Position numbers and translations under genes: made by a program
Assembly (NCBI GenBank): GCA_907165135.1
Contig: OU015566.1
Location: forward strand, 10,974,001 to 11,038,000
DNA length: 64,000 nt
From: Oikopleura dioica
Taxonomy: Eukaryota > Animalia > Chordata
Direction: 5' to 3'
The notes under the pieces: model-generated
Told to the model about the DNA's origin: nothing
The model's database searches: none
The model's input: the letters and a program-made list of their open reading frames with translations, nothing else
In this document: one piece after another, positions 13,127 through 24,761 of the stretch
How positions within the stretch are numbered: the stretch's first letter is position 1
How the letters are laid out: the number at the start of each line of letters is the position of its first letter

Positions 13127-13800
13127 GATGATTTTAAAAAAAATTTCGCGGGCCCGGAAATCGTCAAAAAACTTCTTGTCTAGTTTTGTAGAGCTCGTCG
13201 AGACGAGTCGAATGATATATAAAACTCCTGACAGTTTCAAGATTTTCCGCCAAAAAAAGTGATAAGAAGGTGTCTTATCAAAAATTTTCTGACCGGCGCC
13301 GTTTTTGTTCTAGAAAAGCTGAGGTGATGCTTGACCCCGGAAAATGATCCTCATGGTCTGTTCTATTCCGGCAAAAAATTTCAGCTCGTCCTCACATATC
13401 CTGCTGTGCTTATCAGCGAAAAATCAAAAAATTAGTGCATTTTGTTGTCGCTGCACGTTCCTAGTTTCGGGCCCATTTACAGTCCCATTTTCCTTGGAAA
13501 ATGAAATTTAACGATAAACTCGGCTGGGCATATGATAACGAGCTGAAATTTTTTGCCGGAATAGAACAGACCATGAGGATCATTTTCCGGGGTCAAGCAT
13601 CACCTCAGCTTTTCTAGAACAAAAACGGCGCTGGTCAGAAAATTTTTGATAAGACACCTTCTTATCACATTTTTTGGCGGAAAATCTTAAAACTGTCAGG
13701 AGTTTTATATGTCATTCGACTCGTCTCGACGAGCTCTACAAAACAAGACAAGAAGTTTTTTGACGAGTTCCAGGCCCGCAAAATTTTTTTTGAAATCATC
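13127..13800. mobile_element. Foldback/MITE-like element with ~263-bp inverted arms
   Basis: 13127-13389 is a near-perfect reverse complement of 13538-13800 with a 148-bp spacer; flanked by aaaa on both sides. Confidence 0.85.
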
Positions 13801-13930
13801 AAAAAGCATACTGTTTTATTTGAAAGTACAGTTAATTCATGAACTTAATTTCATGAAAGAGATTCTTCTCTTTCTTAGTAAAAAAAACTAATTACAAAAA
13901 AGATAATTGGTAGAATAGTAGTTAAAATGA

Positions 13931-15188
13931 TTATGCCTCTTCGAATCCACAAAAGGAAACCGCGATGGCGTTGTAGAAAGGATCCTGGAGGTATGGGTCG
14001 AGGAATTCAGCGGCTAGGCTAGTCCAGGCTTCGACTTCACCTCCAAACTGTGATATATGTTGAAAGTGCTCGTAAAAATATCGGGTCCAGTAGCTATAGA
14101 ATGTGTCGGTGAAAGTCTGTCCCCAGATAGCTTCAGCAACTGAATTTATTGTCAGCCTAAAAATTGACAAGATATTTCTTACTGTATCTCTCGCTGATCT
14201 CTGCCACCTGGAAGAGAACATCAAAATGGTAGAGGACTCTATAGAAATTGCGCATCATCTGGTGGGCCAAGCCGAAGGGGCCGACCTTTTTAAGACAAGC
14301 GTTTCTGAGTGGCTCCTTGTAGACGATTGTATCCTTAGATCAGATAAAAAGAGCTGGAAGATATTTTTAACTCACAATATTAAGGATCTCGTTGTAGTAT
14401 CTCTCTCCTAATTTCCATGCCTCCATCTCATTCTCATAAACGTAGAGGCCTGCCTCGATAAATTCCCAGGCGAGTTGGGCGTAGTCGATGAGCTGCTCGA
14501 CGGTGTTTCGGCCGTTGCTTATTCCAGCGTTGTATTGCTTGAAAGCTGATCGAAGCGCTCTCATGGAGTTCAAGTATGCGTTAGAAGCCTTCAAATTTGA
14601 GTGGAAATTGATTATTTTGATTGATTCTTACGTCGTTGAAGTCAGTCTGCGCTTCAAAAGCAGTAGCGGCGTCTTGGGCATTCTGGAAATGTTTGTCAGC
14701 AACACTTGTCATGAGAGCGCCAAGATCAACTCCATCAAAGTTTCCAACTGGGAAATTGATGAAGTAGTTAGACATCTCAGTTCGAGAGAAAGTGATGCCA
14801 CTCATGCAGCCAGCGAGGGATGCATAGAGGTCCTGGGTGTTTTGGTCGTTGGCGACTCGGGTTTTAAAGTTGTCGATGTTGGTGTAAAGAGCGTTGTTGT
14901 TGGTGGTAGTGCTGATGCCGGTGAAAGTGGCAGTCATGCAGGAAGCAACGGCAAAGTCGTCGATGTACTCGAGAAACGAGAAACCTGTGTTCTCAGTAAC
15001 GAGATCTGGCCATCCATAGTCCTTGAAAAGCTCGCGAACCATGTTAGCGGCACCATCTTATGAGTCTGTTTGACTGTGGTTGTTGTATAAATCTTACCTT
15101 GGAAGTCCAAATGTAGCACAGCATTGTTGTACGTTGGGGACCTATTGGCCGAGGCAAGAGTGGCCAACGCAGTAGTAGAAATCTTCGT
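13931..15188 (-). CDS. Orphan secreted protein, tandem copy A (start codon is ACG; possibly a pseudogene)
   Basis: Exons are collinear with copy B (ORFs 14581..15042, 14367..14594, 13931..14224). The signal-peptide exon begins ACG AAG ATT TCT where copy B has ATG AAG CTC TCT. Confidence 0.65.
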
Positions 15189-15260
15189 AGCTGAGAAAAT
15201 CTTGACTTAGTGGATCTTAATCTGGTCACAGCGAAATGGAATTCAACTTTCTGGCAGGTC

Positions 15261-15269
15261 CTTTTTATA
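15261..15269 (-). promoter_or_regulatory. TATA box of copy A
   Basis: TATAAAAAG on the minus strand, at the position homologous to the copy B TATA. Confidence 0.6.
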
Positions 15270-15752
15270 GCTTCGGAACTAGAATCGGAAAAGGACATTT
15301 CAAAAGTAGTCAAGGCGATTTTTTTGTTACGCTCGGACTGCGGAACTGTTCCTTTGTTGCTGAATCCGAATAAATCAGGCTGGTTCCTGAGAGTCATACT
15401 AAAGCGAATACCGTTATCGTTCTCGGACTACGATGAATACGAAAATTATTCTGGTCTTGTTATCTATTAACTGACGAGGTGTCAGACCTCAAGTCTGTCA
15501 TTAGTGTTCTATATTTGAGAGTTCTTTGATAATATGAGTTATATCGGATTAATTGAATCAAAACTTGGGCAAAATCAAATGCTTTTTAAAAAGACTGTTT
15601 TATTTGAAAAAAATGTCTTAGTCAGTCATATTTCTGAATAGTCAGTCAGTCGTCATCCCAAGCACAGTTAATTCATGAACTTAAAACAGTTTTGTTACTA
15701 AATAAGATTTACAAAGGAAAATGTATATTCGGTTGAACAGTAATTACAAGGA

Positions 15753-17008
15753 TTACGCTTCTTCGAATCCGCAGACGGATACCGCGATGGTGTTGTAGAA
15801 CGTATCTTGGAGGTAGGGGTCGAGGAAGGTGGCAGCAAGGTTAGTCCAGGCTTCGACTTCACCACCGTACTGGGAGAAATCGTAGAAGTACTGGTAGAAG
15901 TACTGGCTCCAGTAGTTGTGGAAAGTTTCGGTAAAAGTCTGTCCCCAGATGGCTTCAGCGACTGAAAAATCGTTAGGTGACACAATTTTTTAAAGCTCTT
16001 ACTGTATCGTTCGCTGAGTTCAGCCCACTGGAAGAGAACATCAGCATGGTAGAGGATGCTGAAAAAATTGACCATCATCTGGTGAACCATTCCAAAGGGA
16101 CCGACCTTCTGGAGGCAAGCGTTGATGAGTGGCTGTTTGTAGACGATAGTATCCTAGATCATATTTAATAGAGATCAAAAGAAGTTTTTGCATACAATAT
16201 TGATGATCTCATCGTAAAGTCTCTCTCCGAATTGCCATGCTTCCATCTCATTTTCATAAACATAAAGACCGGCCTCGATGAACTCCCAGGCGAGCTGGGC
16301 GTAGTCGGTGAGCTGCTCAGCGGTGTTTCGGCTGTTGCTGATTCCAGAGTTGTATTGCTTGAAAGCTGATCGGAGAGCTCGCATGGAGTTCAAGTATGCA
16401 TTAGAAGCCTTGAAATAGGAATGAAAATTTGTAATTTTGATCAACTCTTACGTTGGTGTAGTCAGTCTGCGCCTCATAAGCAGTAGCGGCATCTTGAGCA
16501 CTCTGGAAATGTTTGTCAGCAACACTTGTCATGAGAGCGCCAAGATCAACTCCATCAAAGTTTCCAACTGGGAAATTGATGAAGTAGTTAGACATCTCAG
16601 TTCGGGAGAAAGTGATGCCACTCATGCAGCCCGCGAGGGACGCGTAGAGGTCCTGAGTGTTTCGGTCGTTGGCAACTCGGGTCTTGAAGTTGTCGATGTT
16701 GGTGTAGAGAGCGTTATTGTCGGTGGTAGTGCTGATGCCGGTAAAGGTGGAGGTCATGCAGTAAGCAACGTTGAAGTCGTTGATGTTTTCAAGGAAAGAG
16801 AAGCCAGTGTTCTCGGTGACAAGATCTGGCCATCCGTAATCCTTGAAAAGCTCGCGAACCATGTTAGCAGCGCCATCTTTTGAGCTAGTTAGATATTTGT
16901 TGAGGTTGAAGTCTTACCGTGGAAGTCCAAATGCAAGAGAGCATTATTGTAGGTTGCGGACATCTGGGCCGAAGCAACAGCAGCCATGGCGGCGGTAGAG
17001 AGCTTCAT
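15753..17008 (-). CDS. Orphan secreted protein, tandem copy B
   Basis: MKLSTAAMAAVASAQ signal-peptide-like start at 17008; exons from ORFs 16401..16862, 16175..16444 and 15753..15983 ending CGFEEA*. Confidence 0.78.
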
Positions 17009-17087
17009 ATCTGTGAAAAAGTTATCTAACTCTAAGTTGATCTGAATCTGGCAACAGCAGAATGGAATTTAACTTTCTGGCAGGTCG

Positions 17088-17095
17088 TTTTTATA
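17088..17095 (-). promoter_or_regulatory. TATA box of copy B
   Basis: TATAAAAA on the minus strand within a promoter block conserved between both copies. Confidence 0.6.
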
Positions 17096-17348
17096 GCTTC
17101 GGAAATCAAATCGGAAAACAACTTTTCAAAAGTAGTCAAGGCGATTTTTTGTTCTGCGCCGACTGCGGAAAAGTTCCATTGTTGCCGAATGGGAATTAAT
17201 CGACTGGTTACTGAGAGTGTTGTTAAAGCGATTACGCTGCCTCCGGTGATTGTACTCAATGCCTTATCTTTACGAATTATATTTGAATAGCCGATTTATT
17301 TTCGGTTGCCCAGCGCAATTATAGACATCGCTACTAATGACGTTTTAG

Positions 17349-19706
17349 TCGTTATGCGACGATCTCTTGTATTCTGTATGCTGTATTACCAAAGTCCTTA
17401 TCTATCAATTTACCTTCATCTCTTCTCGATATTGCATTGCCTTACCCAACCCAGACCGACGATATCTCAAAACTACCTCTTTTTATCCTGAATTCAATCG
17501 TCGTCGCAAAAGGAGCTCAGAAACTGTCACAAAATAACGCTGTCAAATGGTTCAATCCTTGCTTCCTTATTTTATGCCTTGGATCTTTTTCTTCACTCCA
17601 ACATTTGGCGGAGAACGAACCGAGTTTTTATCTTCAAAAGGCTTTTACGTTGGAATCTGACCTGAAATCATGGAAGAGAGTCGCAATATATCACATTTTG
17701 GCCGACGAGGAGTTCAGGAAAGCTTTCAATAATTATTCAATTCAAGTTATAGCCTTTATTTTATACAGTGAAAACCCAAAATTTGCCCACCCAAAATTTG
17801 GCCGCTTTTTGTCAAAATCCGCTTTTTTTGGAACCTAAAGTCAACCCGAAATTTGGCCGCTTTTTTGAAAATAAAAAAATTTTCATCAGAATTGGGCTCA
17901 AATGATGCTAATCCGATCATTTTTAGCTTTTAAAAACTGTTTTAGTCATTAAAAATGACGAAATTCTCATAAGAATGTCTTTAAACAAGCAAAAATTTGA
18001 CTAAAATTCATCAAAAATGTGAAAATCATGCCGATTTTCGAAAATTTCGAAACTTTGCCTTTTGAAGGGGAAACTTGGCTACCCGGCAAAAAAACCCAAA
18101 ATTTGGCCGCTTTTTTCGGAAATTTATATCTGAAAACCGGCCAATTTTCGGGTTTTCACTGTACTTGAATTATAACTTATTGGTCATTTTTATCTGAATT
18201 TTCTATGAGAAAGTAAGTACTTTCCGCCGACCGGAAATCGTTCTGTAGAAAATCATCCTTTGCCTATTATTTAAAGCGCTTCCAAAGACGACAGGAAATA
18301 ATTACCTTCCGCAAACAAGCAGCTAGTTCAGAGAATTATCTTCAAGACGCGTTCGCTGCGATTAGGAATGAGTACCACGCAACTGGTTGGGCATTGTTCT
18401 CAATTTCAAAGTCGCCTGAGAAAGTATTTTGGGCGGAGAAGCTTCTTCCTGATCATTATGATCATATTCGATCTCATTTTTCTTCGAAGAAGGAAATATC
18501 AAAGCTTCTGAAGATTTTGGAGAAGAAAGAAATGTATTCGGAAGCTCTTCAGGTTCTTCAAGAATCGGACTTGGAGAGTAGAATGCCATGGGATAAGGTT
18601 AAGTTTCACCTGAAACTGAGACAGCCGATGGATGCGATGAAAGTACTCATGAGTCTTGTGACCAAAGATCCAGAAAATTTGAGAGCAAGAGCTTATACAG
18701 GAAAGTTGAAGATCATTTTTTAAAGAAATTATCGTTTTGTAATGATAAATATTATCTTCAATCTCACAAAGCGGCTATTCTATTCAAAATCGGAAACTCA
18801 GAAAACACCATCAACGCTTCAATCGAACACTTGACTTCCCTAATCGAGAGCGATGATTTCTCTCTTGCGCACCATTTCCTAGGGAAAGTCTATCTTTCCC
18901 AAAATACTGAAGATTTCCAAAAAGCAAAAATCCATCTGGAGAAGTCGATCGCTTTCCGGCCGAACAATAGAAGAGTTCAATATGATTTGGGAAGAACATA
19001 TTTGGCTCTGGGAGAGTTGGAAAATTTGAAGAAGCTGCTTCCGAAATTGTATGAAATAACAGAGCTTGAGGAGAATGGGACTATTGAAGATGGTATGTAA
19101 CAATGTTTATGAAATAGAATTAATTGTTCTTTGAAGAGGATATGGCTGAGTTAAGCGAACGCTTTGACTGGGGTCGTCTTTGGCTTCTGATAGCGTCAAC
19201 GGAATCAAAGCTCAAGAATTGGAAAGCAACTCATGATGCTTATCGTCTGGCTAGTTTTAGACTCGAGGGCTCTCAAGCCATTTGGAGCCAGCTCGGACAA
19301 TGTCTTACCATGATTGATGCATTAGAACTTGCAAAAGCGCAGGATTGCATTGAGCAGATGATTTCCGAAGTGCCTGGAAATTTTGAAGAGAAGCTTTTGG
19401 AACTGAAGGATTTAGTGCAGCGAATGCAAAAAGTTGCGGAGTCGAAGAAATCGATAAATCAAAAGGAAAACAATCAAGATTATCAAGATCCAGATCCACC
19501 GGCTGAAAAAGCTCAGATGGCTACCAGACAGGAAGATCCGGCTCATGACGAAGCAGAAATGAAGGCGAGAATGAGGGTAATATTTGTAACTTTTCAATTT
19601 CGCAATTGTCCCTTTTCAGGCACTTTTTGAACGAACTCAAAAGCAGCAGAAGACATCGTCGCTGATGGACGAGCTGACTGAGTTAAAATCGACACTTCAT
19701 GGGTAA
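17349..19706 (+). CDS. TPR-repeat protein (5' end unresolved)
   Basis: TPR-like helices, e.g. SLAHHFLGKVYL...AKIHLEKSIAFRPNNRRVQYDLGRTYLALG and WLLIASTESKLKNWKATHDAYRLA; last exon ends STLHG* at 19704-19706. Confidence 0.7.
17766..18161. mobile_element. Tc1/mariner-type MITE
   Basis: TA|CAGTGAAAACCC...GGGTTTTCACTG|TA; internal repeats of aaatttggccgctttttt; lies in an intron of the TPR gene. Confidence 0.88.
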
Positions 19707-19966
19707 AAAGTCCCTTTAGACTTATTTTTATGCGAATTGTAGGGAAGTAAAGAGTATGGCAGAGACCGAAGTCCTGGCCTATCAAACTGCGGCGATTTCG
19801 AAACTGAACAAAATAAAAGAGCTGCTGAAAAATAATGTTGAAAATGAATAAATGGCCAATTTCTATTCCTTATTAAAATTGGCCAATGTATTGAGTCCTA
19901 TGAACTGTATTTATTTGAACAAAAGCAGCATGCAGTAATATTCAGTAAAACCTTGTTATCGTGAGC

Positions 19967-22217
19967 TTATTCGGTATTTTCTTTCGGCTTAGTATCGGTG
20001 TCTTGTTCGGAGACAGCTAATTGTTGCTCCGTATTGGCGATTACAGTCTGTTTTGAGCTTGAAGTTGTGCTTGCGACTTCGGGATCAACTTCTGGTGTAG
20101 CTTCTTCATTTTCTGTTGAAAGGACTTCATCTTCGTGGTTATCGTTGACGATTATTTCTTCCTCTGGATTTTCTTCATCTTGTTGTTTGGGCACCGCATC
20201 TCTGTTGCAACAAATGCAATTGAATTTGAGCAAAGCTTCGTTTGTCAGTCCTTTTTCCTTGTAGACGAAGAAGTCAATGACGAGGAGGATGATGATAAGA
20301 AGGATGATGCAGAGAATGAAAATACCTTAATTTTTATTACTCGGTTATTCATTATTTTTACCTATTTTGAGACCAGAACTCATGCCAAGTGAATCGCCGT
20401 CAGCCGTTGGTCGTATTTTTGGGATAATTTCAACAATATTTGACTCGTACTCGATTCCAAAATCGTCAAGACCGGCAGTGCAAGAATAGTTTCCAGCGCG
20501 GACAACCGCATGATAATGATGATGATCATCTTTTGACAGCTTCTTTTCAGCTAAAATTCAGATGAGCGTCTGTCTGAAACGTATCTACGTACATCTGTAA
20601 AAAGAAAAGTCCGGCAAGGGAGTTCCGTGAGCATGGCAAATAAGCTCAATAATGTCGCCTTCGTAAATTTCTTCAGGGTCTTGCATCAATGTCAGCTCAA
20701 CAGAATCTTCTTCGAGATAAAAAACGTTCACGTAGGCAGTGTCGGAAAACTTTCCCGCTTCGCAGGTGATGGATGCGTCGTCTTCGATTTTGCTGAATAT
20801 TGAGATCAACGAGGAAAACGAATTATTTATGATGCCAACAGAATTCCGATTTTTATGAATATCATGCCTTGAAGAATAAGACAAAAAGAGATAACTTTAT
20901 AAATCAACTCCAGCTGTCGGGAAACTAATAAAACTAAATTGCGGCATTGTAAATATGTCGATTAGTTGTTATCTTTAAAGATTTACGGACATTACTCACA
21001 AAGAATTAGATTTGATTTCGTGACCATCCGCGACTAGCTTCGGCGTCGGAAGAGGGAAACCATCGAAATCGCAAGAGATTTCTGTTGATTCACCTCTTTG
21101 AAGATAGCTTGAAAAATATTTAGTACGAATAAGCTTTACTAGCACATACTTCATTCCCCTGACAAATTTTGTGTTGTCGAAACTGACTTTTGCGTATGTT
21201 GTTGGATACGAAAACTCGATCGTTTCTTTTGTCGTGGCGGAGTATTTCTTCAAAATCGTTGGCGGATCGCTCAAGTCTGTCATCTGAAGAGCATCACATC
21301 TGATGCTCTCTCCATGGATATTTTTACCACCAAAAGCGATCAGTTCTTTTCCAGATATTTGAAGCTCTGCGATTCCGTCTGAGACCTGCGAAATCTTTTT
21401 GAAGCTTCCAATGAGGAACTCTGCCATTTCAACCGCCGGAGATAGGTCGGTTAAGTTGCAGGAAGCGACTGTCTGAAGAGCGTCATCAGAGCTGTCGAGG
21501 ACGGTGTCTTCTGCGGAGACTTGAATCTGGCCCTCTTTCCAAACATGAAGAAAGGTTGATTTATCTCTTTGAAGAGGCTATTTTTATTTCGTTCCCGCAT
21601 TGATTGGTTATATTTCATTCCTGATTAAATTTATGACTCGTTCCTAATAACTTCATCGCAGCTAAAATCGACCTTGACTTCTTTGCCACTGTCGGTCATT
21701 TCTAGTCCACCAAAAGTGACATCAAACTGCAAATCCTCAATACTCATTTGTTCCGCCGTGAGGACACAGCTCTTAATATTTCCGTTGCAGAGAGCCAGCT
21801 GGACCAAGTGAGAAAAATGAATCGCGTTGCCATTGTCGAAGCTGCGAGTGAGGACGTGACCGGACGGAGTAACATGAAATTCGGAAACCGTATCGCCATC
21901 AAAATCCACCGAAAGCCTTGAATTGAAGAATCCACATGTTTTTAAGCCGCCATCAACGCGGATATCAGCGGAGAGTTTGAAATCGTCGCCATTTCGGAGC
22001 AGGGAAAAATGATCGGGGAAATCTATTGAATACGATTTTCACTCAGTTCTCAGATAAACTTCTTTCAGAGAAATTGTAGTGTTAAATAATCATTTCCTAG
22101 AACATCTGCCGAAGTCTTCAGTGGCTCTGGATTCAGTTTGATTTCGACCTTGTCTTTTGGTCCAAAAACAGGTTCCGCCGAAGCTAGGCTCAAAATCAAC
22201 GACCATGGCTTCACCAT
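19967..22217 (-). CDS. Ig-superfamily type I membrane cell-adhesion protein
   Basis: Signal peptide MVKPWSLILSLASA; Ig-like strands (DIIELICHAHGTPLP, EISCDFDGFPLP, GNYSCTAG); TM IGIFILCIILLIILLVIDFF; acidic cytoplasmic tail (ORF 19967..20233). Confidence 0.82.
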
Positions 22218-22539
22218 TCTCTTTCAGAATATTTTCTCACAAAATGAATATCTTCTGAGAAATTCAAGTACCTAAGTATTCTGGTAGGTGGCGACCTTGC
22301 ATTGACATGACTATGCCGCATAGTCTATGCGCTAAAGATTGATGGAAGTCGCTCAATAGGCGTCAAATGATCGTAAAATTAAACTTGTGCGAAGATCAGC
22401 TCTTTTGAGGCATTTGATTTTGAAGACATTGACCTAATAAGGTGACACTCAAAAATCTTTTCAATTTATGAAGGCATTTTTTTATTTTTTTCAATATCAG
22501 TATAATTAGCTTTTTTCAGTCAAAAAAAATTTATTTACG

Positions 22540-23897
22540 TCATAGCGCAAAGTTCTTTTTCTTCATTCTCTGCACAGGTTTCACAATCTTTTTTGGTGAT
22601 CACAATTTTCTCTATTTTTAAATGAGAATAAATGGCTGTTTTTATGACCATGCCTGAAATGAGCAGAGAAGATTTTCATCGACGGATAGAATAGCTGCTG
22701 CGTTATCCATGTTGCCGCAATAGTTTGGCGCGGAGAAAACTGTAACAAGCTGTCGATTCGCGAAGAATTCGTATCCATCTTCTTTGACTTCGTGGGCTCT
22801 AACCATTCAAAATTAGTAAAACGGGATTGATAAATTTGATTGCTACCTGCAGATCAAATCAAAGTCATATTTCTGCAAGAACTCGGCAACCATTTCTGCA
22901 TTGAATCTGTAAGCGCAGCTTCTAGCACTGTTATGCTCCCATCCCTTTGCATCTTTGTCGGGATCCGACCAGAGGAGATCGCAAACAAGACCCTCTCCAG
23001 GAACATCTAAAAAAGCTCAATAAATCAAGAGGTAAAGTAAAGGGACCTGTTGGACGCTCTATTCGTCTGATTTGTTCCATGGTCTCGAGATGGGGGCTCA
23101 GGCCGCCGTGGCAGCAGAAGATCTTGTCATCGATTGTTGCCGCGAGTGGGAGGCAGCTGAAGCAGTCTTGGAATGTTTTCCAGAGCTAGAAATGAAATAA
23201 GGCCGGAAAGAAGTTGATGTTACACCTTGATGTTATATCGTCGTTTACACTCGTCATAGAAACCGTATTGGTAATTGACTTGATCGAACTCATGGTTACC
23301 GCGGAGAAGGAAGAAGTTCTCTGGATATCTTGATGAAAAAATAAATTTTTAAAAACATGAGAAGATTATTACTTGATTTTGTAAGCGAGCAAAAGGCAAA
23401 TTGTTTCGATGGACTGTTTGCCTCGATCGACATAATCGCCCAAGAAAAGGTAGTTTGACTCCGGCGGAAAACCAGCTTTCTCAAAGAGTCGAAGCAAGTC
23501 CGAATACTGGCCGTGGATATCGCCGCAAATTTTCACCGGAGCTTCGATTTCGAGAAGACTTGGCTGATCAAGCAAAACCTCGCGAGACTAGAACATAAGA
23601 ATAACTACCAAGTACAACAAAGTCAGATCTTACTGTTTGACAAAGGCCTCGAATCTCATCGAGGGAAAGATCCACTGCTTTTCCGCCACGAGATTTCAGC
23701 AACCTAGTGATAATCGAATCAAGGTTGATTTCAACATTGGCTGACTCTTCTTCCGGAAGAGATTTTATTTCCGACAGATTTGGGGAGAAATCTGGAAGGC
23801 GTTCGATTTCTGGAGCAAAGGACTCTTCAGAATCAGAAGAATCAGATCCCGAAGAAGAAGTAGAAGCAGGAGACGAAGGTGGTGACGGAGAAGACAT
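22540..23897 (-). CDS. PPP1C: Divergent PP1-type Ser/Thr phosphatase catalytic subunit with Ser/acidic N-terminal extension
   Basis: [59 protein letters not shown] and SAPNYC motifs across the spliced exons. Confidence 0.92.
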
Positions 23898-24761
23898 TTT
23901 TTTAAATTTTTTTTCGCTAAACTGAGAAATGGAGTTTTGCGACGGGCATTTATATAGTGGCCTTTGAACATTCCCAATAGTTCTTCTTCGATCATTCTGG
24001 TCATTTGAAAATTTGTGAGGAATTGAAAGATCAGGAACAGTTGAAGTCGAATTGAATGATTGTTTTCGATAATCGACCACCGATTCGAATACAGATTCGA
24101 ATACAGTCTGCAAATTTCATGCCGTTTCCGGAAATAAGTTTTTCCACTTGTCTGCGCTTCCGACTGGTTCGGTCGTACTGGTGCTCGCGCTGATTGGTTA
24201 GCGCCAAGCAGCCCCGTTCGAGTTTTTCCTTTCGAGTTTAGAGATTTCGATTTTGAGATTATCCACTGCACGAGCGTAGTTTTTAGAGCTGAGAAATATT
24301 TCCCGATCGGTTAGTATACGAGTTAGAGAACCTACTATTTTCATAGAATCCGAAAATGCTTTTGTTTCTGAGAAATAGAAAATAGGGACCACCTGATTTG
24401 GGCTCGAAACATTTTTTTTGAATTTTGATTTTCGAGTCAAAAATAACCAAACTTCATATGAAATTCGCCACTGTATACCCCTCTGCCGTCGGTTTTGCTC
24501 CATTACAGGCATAAACGTCCATGTCTAGGGCCAGCCATGGCGATTTCCGGTGCCGAGCGCAGCGTTTCCCGCTTTTTCCCGGTCTCGCAGTTTTCCGGTT
24601 TCCAGATTCGTTCATTTTTGCCGCAATTTCCCGTTTTCCCGCAAAATCCTGATTTGCCGAATTACTGGGGGCGGTGATGATTTTACCGATTCCTTACCGA
24701 TTTCGATGAGACTTTAACTGACTTGGTGCTTAATTCTAGAGTTAACTAGAAGTCGCGAACT

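Noticed and set aside
14488-15063. Long antisense ORFs (also 16437..16883, 29208..29699, 8836..9804, 4560..4931)
   Set aside because: Shadow frames opposite well-supported genes, with no independent features.
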